Shown: piece by piece, positions 1 through 8,890 of the stretch | Layout of the letters: every line of letters begins with the position of its first letter | Numbering within the stretch: the stretch's first letter is position 1 | Assembly (NCBI GenBank): GCA_038150265.1 | Contig: JAYOTF010000022.1 | Location: 1 to 57,408 of the forward strand | Direction of reading: 5' to 3' | DNA length: 57,408 nucleotides | Origin: Deltaproteobacteria bacterium | GTDB taxonomy: Bacteria > SAR324 > NAC60-12 | Translations under genes and position numbers: made by a program | The notes under the pieces: model-generated | Database searches by the model: none | What the model was told of the DNA's origin: nothing | Seen by the model: only the letters and a program-made list of their open reading frames with translations

Positions 1-288
1 GCAGACGCACTTGGGAGGCTCTCGGAAGTGGATGTCCCAGATGGGGAAGCCCATCATGACGTACCAGAAGGAGAACCCGATCAGGCTGATCATGATGAGG
101 TGGAGGCCAAACGGGGTGGCATTCAGACCTTCGGCAATGCCATCAAAGGTGTGGCTGTCGGTGGATTCCAGTCCCTTGGAGCGCATTCGCCCCTGAATGA
201 AATAGATCAAAATGGCCACCGACGCGAGGGTCACCAGGGAAATCACCACGGTGATCTGGGTCGCGGCGTCGTTGAACATTGCCCACAT
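1..288 (-). CDS. ccoP: cbb3-type cytochrome c oxidase subunit III (CcoP), N-terminal part, runs off window edge
   Basis: Not in the ORF track. Hand translation from ATG 288 (AGGAG at 296-300): MWAMFNDAATQITVVISLVTLASVAILIYFIQ...SHTFDGIAEGLNATPFG...WYVMMGFP. This has the CcoP N-terminal H-x-[WF]-DGI-x-E-x-x-N motif and follows ccoNOQ. Confidence 0.85.
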   Translation of the reverse strand, partial: MWAMFNDAATQITVVISLVTLASVAILIYFIQGRMRSKGLESTDSHTFDGIAEGLNATPFGLHLIMISLIGFSFWYVMMGFPIWDIHFREPPKCVC

Positions 289-317
289 AAACGTACTCCT
301 CAGTCAGTTGCAAAAAT

Positions 318-497
318 TCAGGTGGCGGAGTGGGGAGGCTCTCGCCCCTCAAACGGCTCATCATGGAAAATCAACTCGCCGCGCCGTTCAATGCGTTGCC
401 CCCGGGCGACGGAGCCGTAGAGGTACCAGAGGAACCCATAGAGGCTCACGCCCATGAAGAGGGTGAAGATCACGTACAACCACTGTCTCCAGTCCAT
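318..497 (-). CDS. ccoQ: cbb3-type cytochrome c oxidase small subunit (CcoQ), 59 aa
   Basis: Below the ORF-track size cutoff. Hand translation MDWRQWLYVIFTLFMGVSLYGFLWYLYGSVARGQRIERRGELIFHDE...; one TM helix, AGGAG RBS, lies between ccoO and ccoP. Confidence 0.8.
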   Translation of the reverse strand: MDWRQWLYVIFTLFMGVSLYGFLWYLYGSVARGQRIERRGELIFHDEPFEGREPPHSAT

Positions 498-506
498 CGG
501 GTCTCC

Positions 507-1199
507 TTACTTGAGCTTGTTGAGGTAGGCGATCAGGGCCACAACGTCCTTGACGTCTCCCTGGGCATAAGCGTCTTTGACGCTCTGGTCCTTCATCATC
601 TCGACAATGGGACCGGCTTCTTCAATCAGCAGCTGCTGGGTCTGCTCCAGGGTCTTGCCCGACTTGGGGTTGTCGCCCTGGTCGTAGGGGACCCCAAAGA
701 TGTCGCGGACGGTGACCATTTCCGCATGGACGGTGCCGACATCCACACTGTCTTCAAAGAACCAGGGGAAGTTGGGCATGTTGGAGCCAGGGCTCACGGC
801 CCGGGCGTTCTTGAAGTGAGCCTCGTGCCAATCGGTGGTCCGGTAGTTGCCGACCCGGTGCAGGTCGGGACCCGTCCGGCGAGAGCCCCAGAGGAAGGGG
901 CGGTCGTAGGCGTACTCTCCCGAAACGGAATAGGCGCCGTAGCGGTCGGTTTCCGCCTTGAAGGGGCGGATGAGCTGCGAGTGACACGCGTTGCAGCTTT
1001 CCCGGATGTAGACCTGCCGACCCGCCAGCTCAAGGGCCGAGTAGGGCTTGAGCCCGGCGACGGGGCGGGCATTTTCCGTAAAGGAGGGGATCACCTCCAC
1101 AATGCCCCCGATGATGATGAGGACAAAGATGCTGACCCCCATCAGCAACGGGTGCTTCTCAATGATCTCAAAAATTGAGCCTGTTTGTTTTTCCAGCAT
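507..1199 (-). CDS. ccoO: cbb3-type cytochrome c oxidase subunit II (monoheme)
   Basis: CNACH heme motif; GRQVYIRE and PFLWGSRRTGPDL signatures. Confidence 0.97.
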   Translation of the reverse strand: MLEKQTGSIFEIIEKHPLLMGVSIFVLIIIGGIVEVIPSFTENARPVAGLKPYSALELAGRQVYIRESCNACHSQLIRPFKAETDRYGAYSVSGEYAYDRPFLWGSRRTGPDLHRVGNYRTTDWHEAHFKNARAVSPGSNMPNFPWFFEDSVDVGTVHAEMVTVRDIFGVPYDQGDNPKSGKTLEQTQQLLIEEAGPIVEMMKDQSVKDAYAQGDVKDVVALIAYLNKLK

Positions 1200-1231
1200 G
1201 GTCGTTCACTCGTTGAAGGAAGATCCGGGGT

Positions 1232-2698
1232 TCAGGCAACCTGTGCCGAGGCGGCAGGGGCCTCGTCGGAGGAAGTGAGCTGTGCTTCCGGGGCTTTCTT
1301 GATGGTCATCCCGATGTTGTACATGAACATGAGGAAGCCACTGAGGTAGAGGGTTCCTCCAACGGCCCGGAGGCTCCAGTACGGCACCATGGCCCGGACG
1401 GTGTCCAGGAAGCTGTAGGCCAGGTTGCCAAACTGGTCCGTGGTCCGCCACATGGAGCCCTGCGTGATGCCGGCAATCCACATGCTGGTGAAGTAGAACA
1501 CGATGCCCAGGGTCTGGACCCAGAACTGGTTTTCCGCCAGCTTGACGGAGTAGAGTCGAGTGTTGTACATGCGCGGCGTCATGTGGTAAATGGCGCCCAT
1601 GATGGTGAAGCCCACCCAGCCGAGCGCCCCGTTGTGGACGTGTCCGATGATCCAGTCCGTGAAGTGCGCAATGGCGTTCACAGACTTGATCGCCTGCACC
1701 GGCCCCTCCAGGGTGGCAAAGCCGTAGAAGGTGCTGCCAATGACCAGCAGTTTGGCGATGGGGTCCGTCTTCAGCTGCTCCCACTTGCCTGACATCGTCA
1801 GGAGCAGGTTCACCATGGATCCCCAGGAGGGGATGATGAGGACCAGCGAGAACACCATGCCCAGCGTCTGAACCCAGTCCGGAATCGTGGAGTAGATCAG
1901 GTGGTGCGGTCCGGCCCAGAGGTACACGAAGATCAGCCCCCAGAAGGACCAGAGGGAGAGGCGGTAGGAGTAAACCGGCTGGTTCGCCTGCTTCGGAATG
2001 AAGTAGTAGGAGATGGCAATGATCGGCACCGTCAGCACAAAGGCCACGGCGTTGTGCCCAAACCACCACTGCACCTGCGCGTCGTTGGTCCCTGCGTACA
2101 TGGAGACGGAGTGCCAGAACTTTCCGGTGCCGGTCACAAACCAGGTGGGCACCGCCAGGCCATTGAAGAGGTACAGCATGCCCACGCCCAGGAAGCTGGC
2201 CATGAAGTACCAGATCGAGACATACAGCGTCTTCTCCTTGCGGGCTCCGAGCATGGCAAAGATGTGCGCGCCCCACATCAGCCACATCACCACGACCACC
2301 ACGTCGAGCCACCAGGGCAGCTCATGGTACTCCTTCGACGAGGAGTGCCCGGCCATCAGGGTGTAGGCGGCCATGACGATGATCAGGTTGAACAGCGCCA
2401 GGTGCGCCTTGGCCAGCCCCGGAAGGACCATCCGGACCTTCAGCACCCGCTGAGACACGTAATACCAGGCGGCAAAGATTCCGGAGAGCGTGAAGCCAAA
2501 GATCACCGCATTGGTGTGCAGCGGTCGCAGGCGATTGAAGCTCAACCAGGGCAGGTCGGCATTCAGTTCCGGGAAGATCAGCTCAAATGCCAGGGTCAGC
2601 CCAACACTCATGCCAACAACGCCCCACAGCAGGGCGGATAAAACAAATCCTTTGGCTACAGAGTAGTCGTATTCGGTAAAGGATTGCGTGGAATTCAT
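1232..2698 (-). CDS. ccoN: cbb3-type cytochrome c oxidase subunit I
   Basis: RLRPLHTNAVIFGF, QWWFGHNAVAF, WAGPHHL and GHVH metal ligands. Start placed at ATG 2698 behind GGAG. Confidence 0.98.
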   Translation of the reverse strand: MNSTQSFTEYDYSVAKGFVLSALLWGVVGMSVGLTLAFELIFPELNADLPWLSFNRLRPLHTNAVIFGFTLSGIFAAWYYVSQRVLKVRMVLPGLAKAHLALFNLIIVMAAYTLMAGHSSSKEYHELPWWLDVVVVVMWLMWGAHIFAMLGARKEKTLYVSIWYFMASFLGVGMLYLFNGLAVPTWFVTGTGKFWHSVSMYAGTNDAQVQWWFGHNAVAFVLTVPIIAISYYFIPKQANQPVYSYRLSLWSFWGLIFVYLWAGPHHLIYSTIPDWVQTLGMVFSLVLIIPSWGSMVNLLLTMSGKWEQLKTDPIAKLLVIGSTFYGFATLEGPVQAIKSVNAIAHFTDWIIGHVHNGALGWVGFTIMGAIYHMTPRMYNTRLYSVKLAENQFWVQTLGIVFYFTSMWIAGITQGSMWRTTDQFGNLAYSFLDTVRAMVPYWSLRAVGGTLYLSGFLMFMYNIGMTIKKAPEAQLTSSDEAPAASAQVA

Positions 2699-2923
2699 GA
2701 CGCGTCTCCAAACGTGAAACGGGTTAATACTTGCCCGCACACTCTAGGGGGTTGTGCCAGGAGCGACCATCGGTAAATCTACGAAACAAACTGATCCGGA
2801 AGTAAGAAATTTCTCCGTCAACTGGCGAAAGCCCGAAGGTCTGGTACCCTAAAAAGGTGGCCCGCATGAAGAGCACACCGGCTCCGGACGGGGCCGGTGG
2901 ACAGCGTTTGCAAAGAGGTGAAG

Positions 2924-3598
2924 ATGAGGTTGCTGCTCCTGGAAGATGAACAAAAGGTAGCCGAGTTTGTTCAAAAGGGACTGGAAGAAGCCGGTTTTGT
3001 GGTGGAACGGGTCGAACGGGGTGAAGACGCCCTCAGCCTCGCGCTGACGGAAAACTTTGATGTCGCCATCCTCGATGTGATGGTCCCGGGCGTTGATGGC
3101 CTGACGGTGATCCGGAAGCTCCGGGAAACCCGAAACCGCCTGCCCGTGTTGGTGCTGAGTGCGAAGCACACGCTGGAAGACCGGGTCGCCGGCCTGGAGC
3201 AGGGAGCGGATGACTACCTCGTCAAGCCCTTCTCCTTCACGGAGCTGCTGGTGCGGGTGCAAGCGCTCATCCGCCGGTCGTCTCAAAGCGCCGAGCCCAC
3301 CAGCCTCTCCTTTGCTGATGTGGAGATGAACCTGCTCAGTCGCGAAGTGACACGTTCCGGACACAATCTCGCTTTGCAGCCTCGGGAGTTCAGCCTCCTG
3401 GAGTACTTCCTCCGGCATCCGGGGCGGGTGCTTTCCAAGACCTTCATCCTGGAGCACGTGTGGGGGTACGATTTCGATCCGCAGACCAATGTGGTGGACG
3501 TCCTCGTTTCACGGCTGCGGAGCAAGGTGGACAAGGACTTTGACACCAAGCTGATTCATACGCTCCGGGGTGTCGGGTATGTCCTTAAACAAAGTTAA
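2924..3598 (+). CDS. OmpR-family response regulator (CusR/CzcR-like)
   Basis: Receiver domain (LLED, ILDVMVPG, GADDYLVKPF) plus winged helix (WGYDFDPQTNVVDV, HTLRGVGY). Confidence 0.95.
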   Translation: MRLLLLEDEQKVAEFVQKGLEEAGFVVERVERGEDALSLALTENFDVAILDVMVPGVDGLTVIRKLRETRNRLPVLVLSAKHTLEDRVAGLEQGADDYLVKPFSFTELLVRVQALIRRSSQSAEPTSLSFADVEMNLLSREVTRSGHNLALQPREFSLLEYFLRHPGRVLSKTFILEHVWGYDFDPQTNVVDVLVSRLRSKVDKDFDTKLIHTLRGVGYVLKQS

Positions 3599-5048
3599 GC
3601 GCCTCTGGCCCCGCAGCCTCCGAGCCCGGTTTACCATCCTGGGAGCCGTTCTGTTCCTCATTGCCACCATCTTCATCGTTTCCTTCTCCGGAGTGCTGCT
3701 GCACCGAGAGTTCGAGTCTCGTGTGCAGGAAGCCGTGTTGGGACAGCTGGATCGCTACGCCAGGTTTGACCGGCAGTCGCCCATACGGCTCTTCCGGACC
3801 CTGCAGCGCGAGCATGAACAGAATCGGCTCCGTGGAACCTGGGTCCGGCTTCAGAATGTCTCCGGCGTGCTCTGGGAAACCGTTCCCGCGGACTGGGAGC
3901 AGGACCGCGAAGCCCTGGAGTCGGTGCTGGTGGTGCACCTGAAGTCGGGAGATGACTGGAGCCGGGCGACCCGAGAGCGTTATGAGCTTCCGGACTGGGC
4001 CAATGTCGATGACGACCACCACCGCATTCAGTTTGAGGAGGAGCTGCTCATGGCGTCCCGAGTGCTTCCGGATGGCTCGGTGCTGGTGGTGGGGGAATCG
4101 CTGGCGCGCTTTCAGATCTTCATCCGGGTGTTTGGGCGGAGCATCTTTCGGGGGGTGCTCATCATTGGGGCCGTCAGCGTGTTGGTCGGCTGGCTCCTGT
4201 CTCGGCGACTGGTGCTGCCGCTGCAGAATCTGGTGCGGACCACCGAGACGGTGGCTTCCGGAACCCTCAGTGCGCGGGTGCCGGTTCCGGACAGCACCGG
4301 GGAGCTCGAGGAGCTGACCCGGCTGTTCAACCAAATGCTGGATCGCATTGAAGGGCTGGTCGGGACCATGAACGAGTCGCTGGACAACGTTGCCCACGAC
4401 CTCCGGACCCCCTTGACCAAGATCCGTGCTTCCGTGGAGTCGGTGCTGCAGCGTCCGGATCCCAGCGCTGAGGAGCTGCGGGAGGCGTTGCTGGACACTG
4501 CTGAGGAAGCCGAAAAGATTGGGACGCTGCTCAATGCCCTGATGAACCTGGCTGAAGCCCAGGCCGGGACCCTGAAGCTCCAGAAGCAGCCTGTGGACCT
4601 CCGGCGTGTTGCTGAAGAGGTCTTTGGGCTCTATGAGATGCTTTCGGAGGAGCAGGGGGTTGCGCTTACGCTGGAACTGCCAGAAGAGGCCGTCACGGTG
4701 GAAGCCGATCCCATTCGCCTGCGGCAAGCGGTGGCGAACCTGGTGGACAACGCCCTCAAGTTTACTCCGGAAGGGGGGCGAACGACCCTTTCCGTGACCG
4801 TTGAAGCGGCGGCGGCACAGCTGGTGGTCACAGACACCGGTATTGGCATTCCTCCGGAGGAGCAGCCCCGGATCTTTGAGCGGCTGTACCGTGCAGACAA
4901 GAGCCGGGCCACTCAGGGGCTGGGGTTGGGGCTGAGCCTGGTGCAGGCGATTGTCCGCGCCCATGAGGCTCACATTGAGGTCGCCAGTGTTCCGGAAGAG
5001 GGCAGCCGGTTTGCCCTTGTGTTTCCCAAGGGGGCTCCTTCCGGGTGA
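3579..5048 (+). CDS. membrane sensor histidine kinase with HAMP domain
   Basis: Two TM helices, HAMP, H-box AHDLRTPL, N-box NLVDNALKF, DTGIGI, GLGLGL. Overlaps the regulator's stop. Confidence 0.95.
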   Translation: MSLNKVKRLWPRSLRARFTILGAVLFLIATIFIVSFSGVLLHREFESRVQEAVLGQLDRYARFDRQSPIRLFRTLQREHEQNRLRGTWVRLQNVSGVLWETVPADWEQDREALESVLVVHLKSGDDWSRATRERYELPDWANVDDDHHRIQFEEELLMASRVLPDGSVLVVGESLARFQIFIRVFGRSIFRGVLIIGAVSVLVGWLLSRRLVLPLQNLVRTTETVASGTLSARVPVPDSTGELEELTRLFNQMLDRIEGLVGTMNESLDNVAHDLRTPLTKIRASVESVLQRPDPSAEELREALLDTAEEAEKIGTLLNALMNLAEAQAGTLKLQKQPVDLRRVAEEVFGLYEMLSEEQGVALTLELPEEAVTVEADPIRLRQAVANLVDNALKFTPEGGRTTLSVTVEAAAAQLVVTDTGIGIPPEEQPRIFERLYRADKSRATQGLGLGLSLVQAIVRAHEAHIEVASVPEEGSRFALVFPKGAPSG

Positions 5049-5144
5049 GGCGCTTTCGCTTGCAGGCGTCCGGAGCTTCTTGAATAATTGACCCCTTTTG
5101 GGGCGGCTGGTGTCGCCTTCCAACCCCTTTCCCCGACGGCCCTG

Positions 5145-5564
5145 ATGAAAAAGATGTTTGTATTCGGCTTGCTGCTGTTCCTGCTCCAGGGATCACCGCT
5201 TTGGGCAAGCGAAGAGGTCGCTGACGCCTTTCAGGAGTACCTGGACTTTGCCACCTATGAGGCTGGCATTATGGTGCCGCAGCAACTGACACAGGATGTT
5301 TTTGAGGCCGCGACCTTTGTCGATACCCGTGACGCGGGGCAGTTTGAGGCCGAGCACCTTCCCGGCGCGGTGAACATCGAGTGGCGCGAGTTGATTGCCC
5401 GGCGAGACGAGCTGCCTGCTGAGGGGCTGGTGGTGCTGTACTGCAACACCGGAAGCCTCTCGGCACAGGGGGCCTTTGCCCTGAGGGTGCTGGGACACGA
5501 AAACGTGGTGGTGCTGCAGACCGGGCTCCTGGGCTGGAAGGCGGATGCCCCCTACCGTCCATGA
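5145..5564 (+). CDS. exported single-domain rhodanese-like protein
   Basis: Signal peptide; VDTR...HLPGAVNI; active-site loop LYCNTGSLS. Confidence 0.88.
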   Translation: MKKMFVFGLLLFLLQGSPLWASEEVADAFQEYLDFATYEAGIMVPQQLTQDVFEAATFVDTRDAGQFEAEHLPGAVNIEWRELIARRDELPAEGLVVLYCNTGSLSAQGAFALRVLGHENVVVLQTGLLGWKADAPYRP

Positions 5565-5592
5565 TTTTGGAAAAAGTAATGTGAATCCGTTC

Positions 5593-5620
5593 TTCACAAA
5601 GGGTTAACACGATCTTAACA
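5593..5620 (+). promoter_or_regulatory. Pho-box-like direct repeats upstream of pstS
   Basis: TTCACA (5593), TTAACA (5604), TTAACA (5615) at exact 11-bp spacing, about 90 bp before the pstS start. Confidence 0.7.
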
Positions 5621-5710
5621 GAAGGCCCTTATCGTGGTTACCTCATGCAGATGCATGACGATCGCAACAGGCTGTTGCTTCAACTCCCAAACCTCGATGA
5701 GAGCATTTCT

Positions 5711-6682
5711 ATGATCCGCAAGTTTGCTGCAGTGGCTGCTGGTGCCCTGCTCCTTTCTACCGCCGCTCAGGCTCGTGACCAGATCCAGATCGTGGGATCG
5801 TCCACTGTTTATCCGTTCACCACCATTGTGGCTGAGAAGCTTGGACAAAAAGGCTTCAAGACGCCGATCGTGGAAAGCACCGGAACCGGCGGCGGCATGA
5901 AGCTGTTCTGCGCCGGAGTCGGCCCGAACTTCCCGGACATGACCAACGCTTCCCGCGCCATCAAGGGCTCCGAGAAGGAACTCTGCGCCAAGAATGGCGT
6001 CACCGACATCATTGAGCTGCAAGTGGGCAACGATGGCATCGCCTTCGCCAACAGCGTCAAGGCTCCGAAGCTGAACTTCACCCCGGCCCAACTGTGGATG
6101 GCGATGGCGGAAAAAGGCCCGAAGCCGACCCGCTGGAACGAGATCGACCCGTCTCTGCCGAATGTCGAGATCAAGATCCTCGCACCGCCCCCCACCTCCG
6201 GAACCCGTGATGCCTGGGGAGAACTGGTCATGGGAGTCGGCTGTGACGCGGCTGTGAAGAAGGCCAACAAGGACGACTGCCACCTGTTCCGCGAAGATGG
6301 AGCCGTGGAAGAAGCCGGTGAAAACGACACGCTGATCGTGAACCGCCTTGCCGCTGATCCGGAAGCCTTCGGCATCTTCGGCTTCAGCTTCCTGGATCAG
6401 AACCAGGACCGCATCCAGGGCTCCGCCATCAGTGGCGTGGAAATCAGCCTGGACACCATCCAGACCTATGAGTACCCGATCGCCCGCCCGCTGTTCTTCT
6501 ACATCAAGAAGGCTCACATCGGCGTCATTCCGGGCATGAAGGAGATGATGGACGAGTACGTCAGCGACGCGGCAACCGGCGAGTACGGTTACCTGGGTGA
6601 CGCTGGACTCGTGCCGCACTCGGCTGCAAAAGCTGCTGAAATGCGCACTCGGGTTCAGAGCCTGACCACCCTGAGCATGTAA
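5711..6682 (+). CDS. pstS: phosphate ABC transporter substrate-binding protein
   Basis: Signal peptide; IVGSSTVYPF, ESTGTGGGMKLFC, NASR, PPPTSGTRD, YPIARPLFFY. Confidence 0.93.
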   Translation: MIRKFAAVAAGALLLSTAAQARDQIQIVGSSTVYPFTTIVAEKLGQKGFKTPIVESTGTGGGMKLFCAGVGPNFPDMTNASRAIKGSEKELCAKNGVTDIIELQVGNDGIAFANSVKAPKLNFTPAQLWMAMAEKGPKPTRWNEIDPSLPNVEIKILAPPPTSGTRDAWGELVMGVGCDAAVKKANKDDCHLFREDGAVEEAGENDTLIVNRLAADPEAFGIFGFSFLDQNQDRIQGSAISGVEISLDTIQTYEYPIARPLFFYIKKAHIGVIPGMKEMMDEYVSDAATGEYGYLGDAGLVPHSAAKAAEMRTRVQSLTTLSM

Positions 6683-6689
6683 TCCCCCC

Positions 6690-6735
6690 GGGTGGCAGAG
6701 CTCTTCTGCCACCCTCCTCCCCTTGTTTCCCTCCC
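6690..6735 (+). terminator. stem-loop terminator-like element after pstS
   Basis: GGGTGGCAGA (6690-6699) / TCTGCCACCC (6705-6714) 10-bp stem, followed by a pyrimidine-rich tract rather than a clean U-run. Confidence 0.55.
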
Positions 6736-6780
6736 TCCTCTTCTCTTTCCCTTCGGTTCGTTCTCCGGGCAACCGCATGA

Positions 6781-6985
6781 GGGGAAGCCACCGGCTGACC
6801 TTGAACGAACAATCGAGACTCGCTGGAGCGGTTCCCTCGCTGGAGTCATGACTGGAGCGAAAGGTCCGTCCTGCTCGCGAAGGTGAGAATCCTGTCAGTG
6901 AAGCGCAGTCCATCGGTTGGTATCTTCAAGGGCTGGATCCCAGCCGCGCTGGGATGACCACCAAGCGGCAGTCCAGTCCCCACCA
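6781..6985 (+). ncRNA. structured rod-like RNA, 6S RNA-like candidate
   Basis: Nested pairings GGGGA/TCCCC, CCTTGAA/TTCAAGG, CAATCGA/TCGGTTG, GACT/AGTC, CGCT/AGCG; apical C-GAAA-G loop; side hairpin ATCCCAGC/GCTGGGAT. About 200 nt, intergenic. Confidence 0.5.
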
Positions 6986-7106
6986 ACCGCTCAGCCCATT
7001 CTGCCAGCCATTGGTCTCAGGCGATTGCCCTGGGTGCGTTCTCCTTGCAGGTGTTCCGGAACCTCCGCATGCTACTGCGGACGCCGAACCCTTATTGAGC
7101 CGAACA

Positions 7107-7550
7107 ATGACCCTCTGGAAGCCTTTATTACTTGGAACGGTGGCCCTGAGTCTGGCCGGGTGCCTGGTGGTGCCTCAAGCCGAGCCCGAAGCACAGGACT
7201 GCGCATTGACGACCCGAAGCTGGTCGCTGACGGTGGTGAATGCCGACGTTGATGCGCAGGTGACCCTGAATGAAATGCAGCGCCTGGCCGCAACCGACTG
7301 TGACAAGCCGGAGTGCCTGATTCTGGTGGCTCCCGCATTGGCCATTTCAGCGGGATCGGCGATTGTGTCCGGGTCGGTGATGGTGGTGGGGAATTCCCTG
7401 CACTGGCTGGAGCGTCAGGGACGTTGTGACGACAGCACCACCCGCCAGGGCCTCGCTGTGATGCGTGGATCCCTGGAATCGGTGGGGGGCTGGGTGCTGG
7501 AAACCGGAGGCGATGTGATGAGCTGGTTCCAGGATCAGGCCGGAATTTAG
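7107..7550 (+). CDS. hypothetical Cys-containing lipoprotein
   Basis: MTLWKPLLLGTVALSLAGC lipobox; start reassigned to ATG 7107. Confidence 0.7.
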   Translation: MTLWKPLLLGTVALSLAGCLVVPQAEPEAQDCALTTRSWSLTVVNADVDAQVTLNEMQRLAATDCDKPECLILVAPALAISAGSAIVSGSVMVVGNSLHWLERQGRCDDSTTRQGLAVMRGSLESVGGWVLETGGDVMSWFQDQAGI

Positions 7551-7555
7551 GCGCC

Positions 7556-8890
7556 TTACTGAGGCTCCTTGCCGTGCTGAATCTTGGGCCAGTAGGTCTC
7601 GAAGTTGAACAGCGGAGAGTGGCTGCCCATGTGGCACGTGGTGCAGGCGTTGGCCGCGACCTGAGGCATCTTGACCACCTCGGGCTGGGCGATGTGTGCG
7701 CGAGCAGGGCCATGGCAGCTTTCGCACTGCACGTTCATCAGGTGCGGTGTGAGCTGCGGGCTGAGGAATCCGTTCTTGCCCACAAACGCCTGGACATCGG
7801 GGGAAAGCGTGCTTCCGGGAGTGGGTTGCCACGGCTTCAGTCCAACGACATGACACTCCAGGCATTCCGGATCAAAGTGCTTGTCCTTGGCTTCTAGCGT
7901 CGCAAAGGCATGGGCGTGCCGACTGCTCTTCCAGACCTTGGCGGCCTCGGCGTGACAGGCTTCACAGACGGCGGCTCCCACAAAGGGAGACTGCTGCTGC
8001 TGCTGCTCCATGCGGTCGAGATTGGTAAAGAACAACTCCTTGACCCGGTCGTCATACTCCTGAAACGCCTGGGAAAGAGGCGGGTCATCCGGAACACTCC
8101 GACGCAACCAGTCCACACCAAATTGTGGCGTTGCCGTGACCTCTCCTGTTGCGACAAAGCGCCGCTGCTCAGGCTGCCACACGCCTTGCAACAAGCCCTG
8201 CCCCTTGGTCGGAATCATGGCGACGGTTCCGGCATCTGTGGTCCGGGTCATCACCTGCTTCAGTTCATCCGCATTGGTACTCCCGGAGAGGATCAGGTCG
8301 AACTGCCCCGACTCCTGAAACTGGGCCAATTCGGCATCGGTGCCCCGAAAGAGCAGCACCTCAAAGGCTCCGGAGCGCTCCCACGTGGCCAGGGCCTGAG
8401 ACGCGCCGTAAACACGAGGCGCCTCGTTTTCATTCTGATAGATGAGCGTGGGAGAAAGGAAGCCCCGGAGGTGGGCGACGGTTCCCTCAAACGAGACGGT
8501 GGCCTCTTGCTGGAAGGGCAGGGTGCCATCCTGGTTGCTCAGGAAGTAGGGAAGGTCTTCGGCCAGTGAGTCCAGGCCATACAGCCATTCGTTGGGACCG
8601 ACGAGGATCACGGCTGGTCCCATCTGCCGGAGGGCCGTGTGGATGACCTCAACCTTCAGGTTGCCCTGCTCGGAAGGCTCGGGGAAGTTGTTCCCGAGGT
8701 CCAGGTACACGGCGCCTTCCTGCTGCTTGAGAAAAGTGGCCCGCCGCAGCAGTCCCCCCATGTCGCCCTCCTCAGCACACCCGCAGGGCTTGATCTCCCC
8801 ACGCAGGTCTCCGGAAACGATCAGGTCGGCTCCGAAGAGGGAGGAAGTAAAGAAAAAGGTACTGAGAGCAAGAAGGCAGATCCGGGTCAT
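7556..8890 (-). CDS. periplasmic tetraheme c-type cytochrome (c554-like) fused to a UshA/5'-nucleotidase-like N-terminal domain
   Basis: Signal peptide; GDLRGEIKPCGC..GGL.RRAT N-terminus; four heme motifs CEACH, CLECH, CESCH, CTTCH. Confidence 0.88.
   Translation of the reverse strand: MTRICLLALSTFFFTSSLFGADLIVSGDLRGEIKPCGCAEEGDMGGLLRRATFLKQQEGAVYLDLGNNFPEPSEQGNLKVEVIHTALRQMGPAVILVGPNEWLYGLDSLAEDLPYFLSNQDGTLPFQQEATVSFEGTVAHLRGFLSPTLIYQNENEAPRVYGASQALATWERSGAFEVLLFRGTDAELAQFQESGQFDLILSGSTNADELKQVMTRTTDAGTVAMIPTKGQGLLQGVWQPEQRRFVATGEVTATPQFGVDWLRRSVPDDPPLSQAFQEYDDRVKELFFTNLDRMEQQQQQSPFVGAAVCEACHAEAAKVWKSSRHAHAFATLEAKDKHFDPECLECHVVGLKPWQPTPGSTLSPDVQAFVGKNGFLSPQLTPHLMNVQCESCHGPARAHIAQPEVVKMPQVAANACTTCHMGSHSPLFNFETYWPKIQHGKEPQ

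Noticed and set aside
13..344. 12-bp repeat GGGAGGCTCTCG at 13 and 333 (REPP in both CcoP and CcoQ)
   Set aside because: Many 12-mer matches are expected by chance in 57 kb; at most a hint to check assembly at the window edge.
6781..6985. tmRNA, tRNA or HDV-like ribozyme, suggested by GGGG...CCACCA ends and CCCTCGCTGG
   Set aside because: No T-arm (GTTCRA), no G3-U70 acceptor stem, too short for tmRNA, and HDV P1/P1.1 pairings could not be built.
8775..8790. Selenocysteine in the CGC motif of the cytochrome
   Set aside because: The codons are TGC GGG TGT; there is no in-frame TGA.
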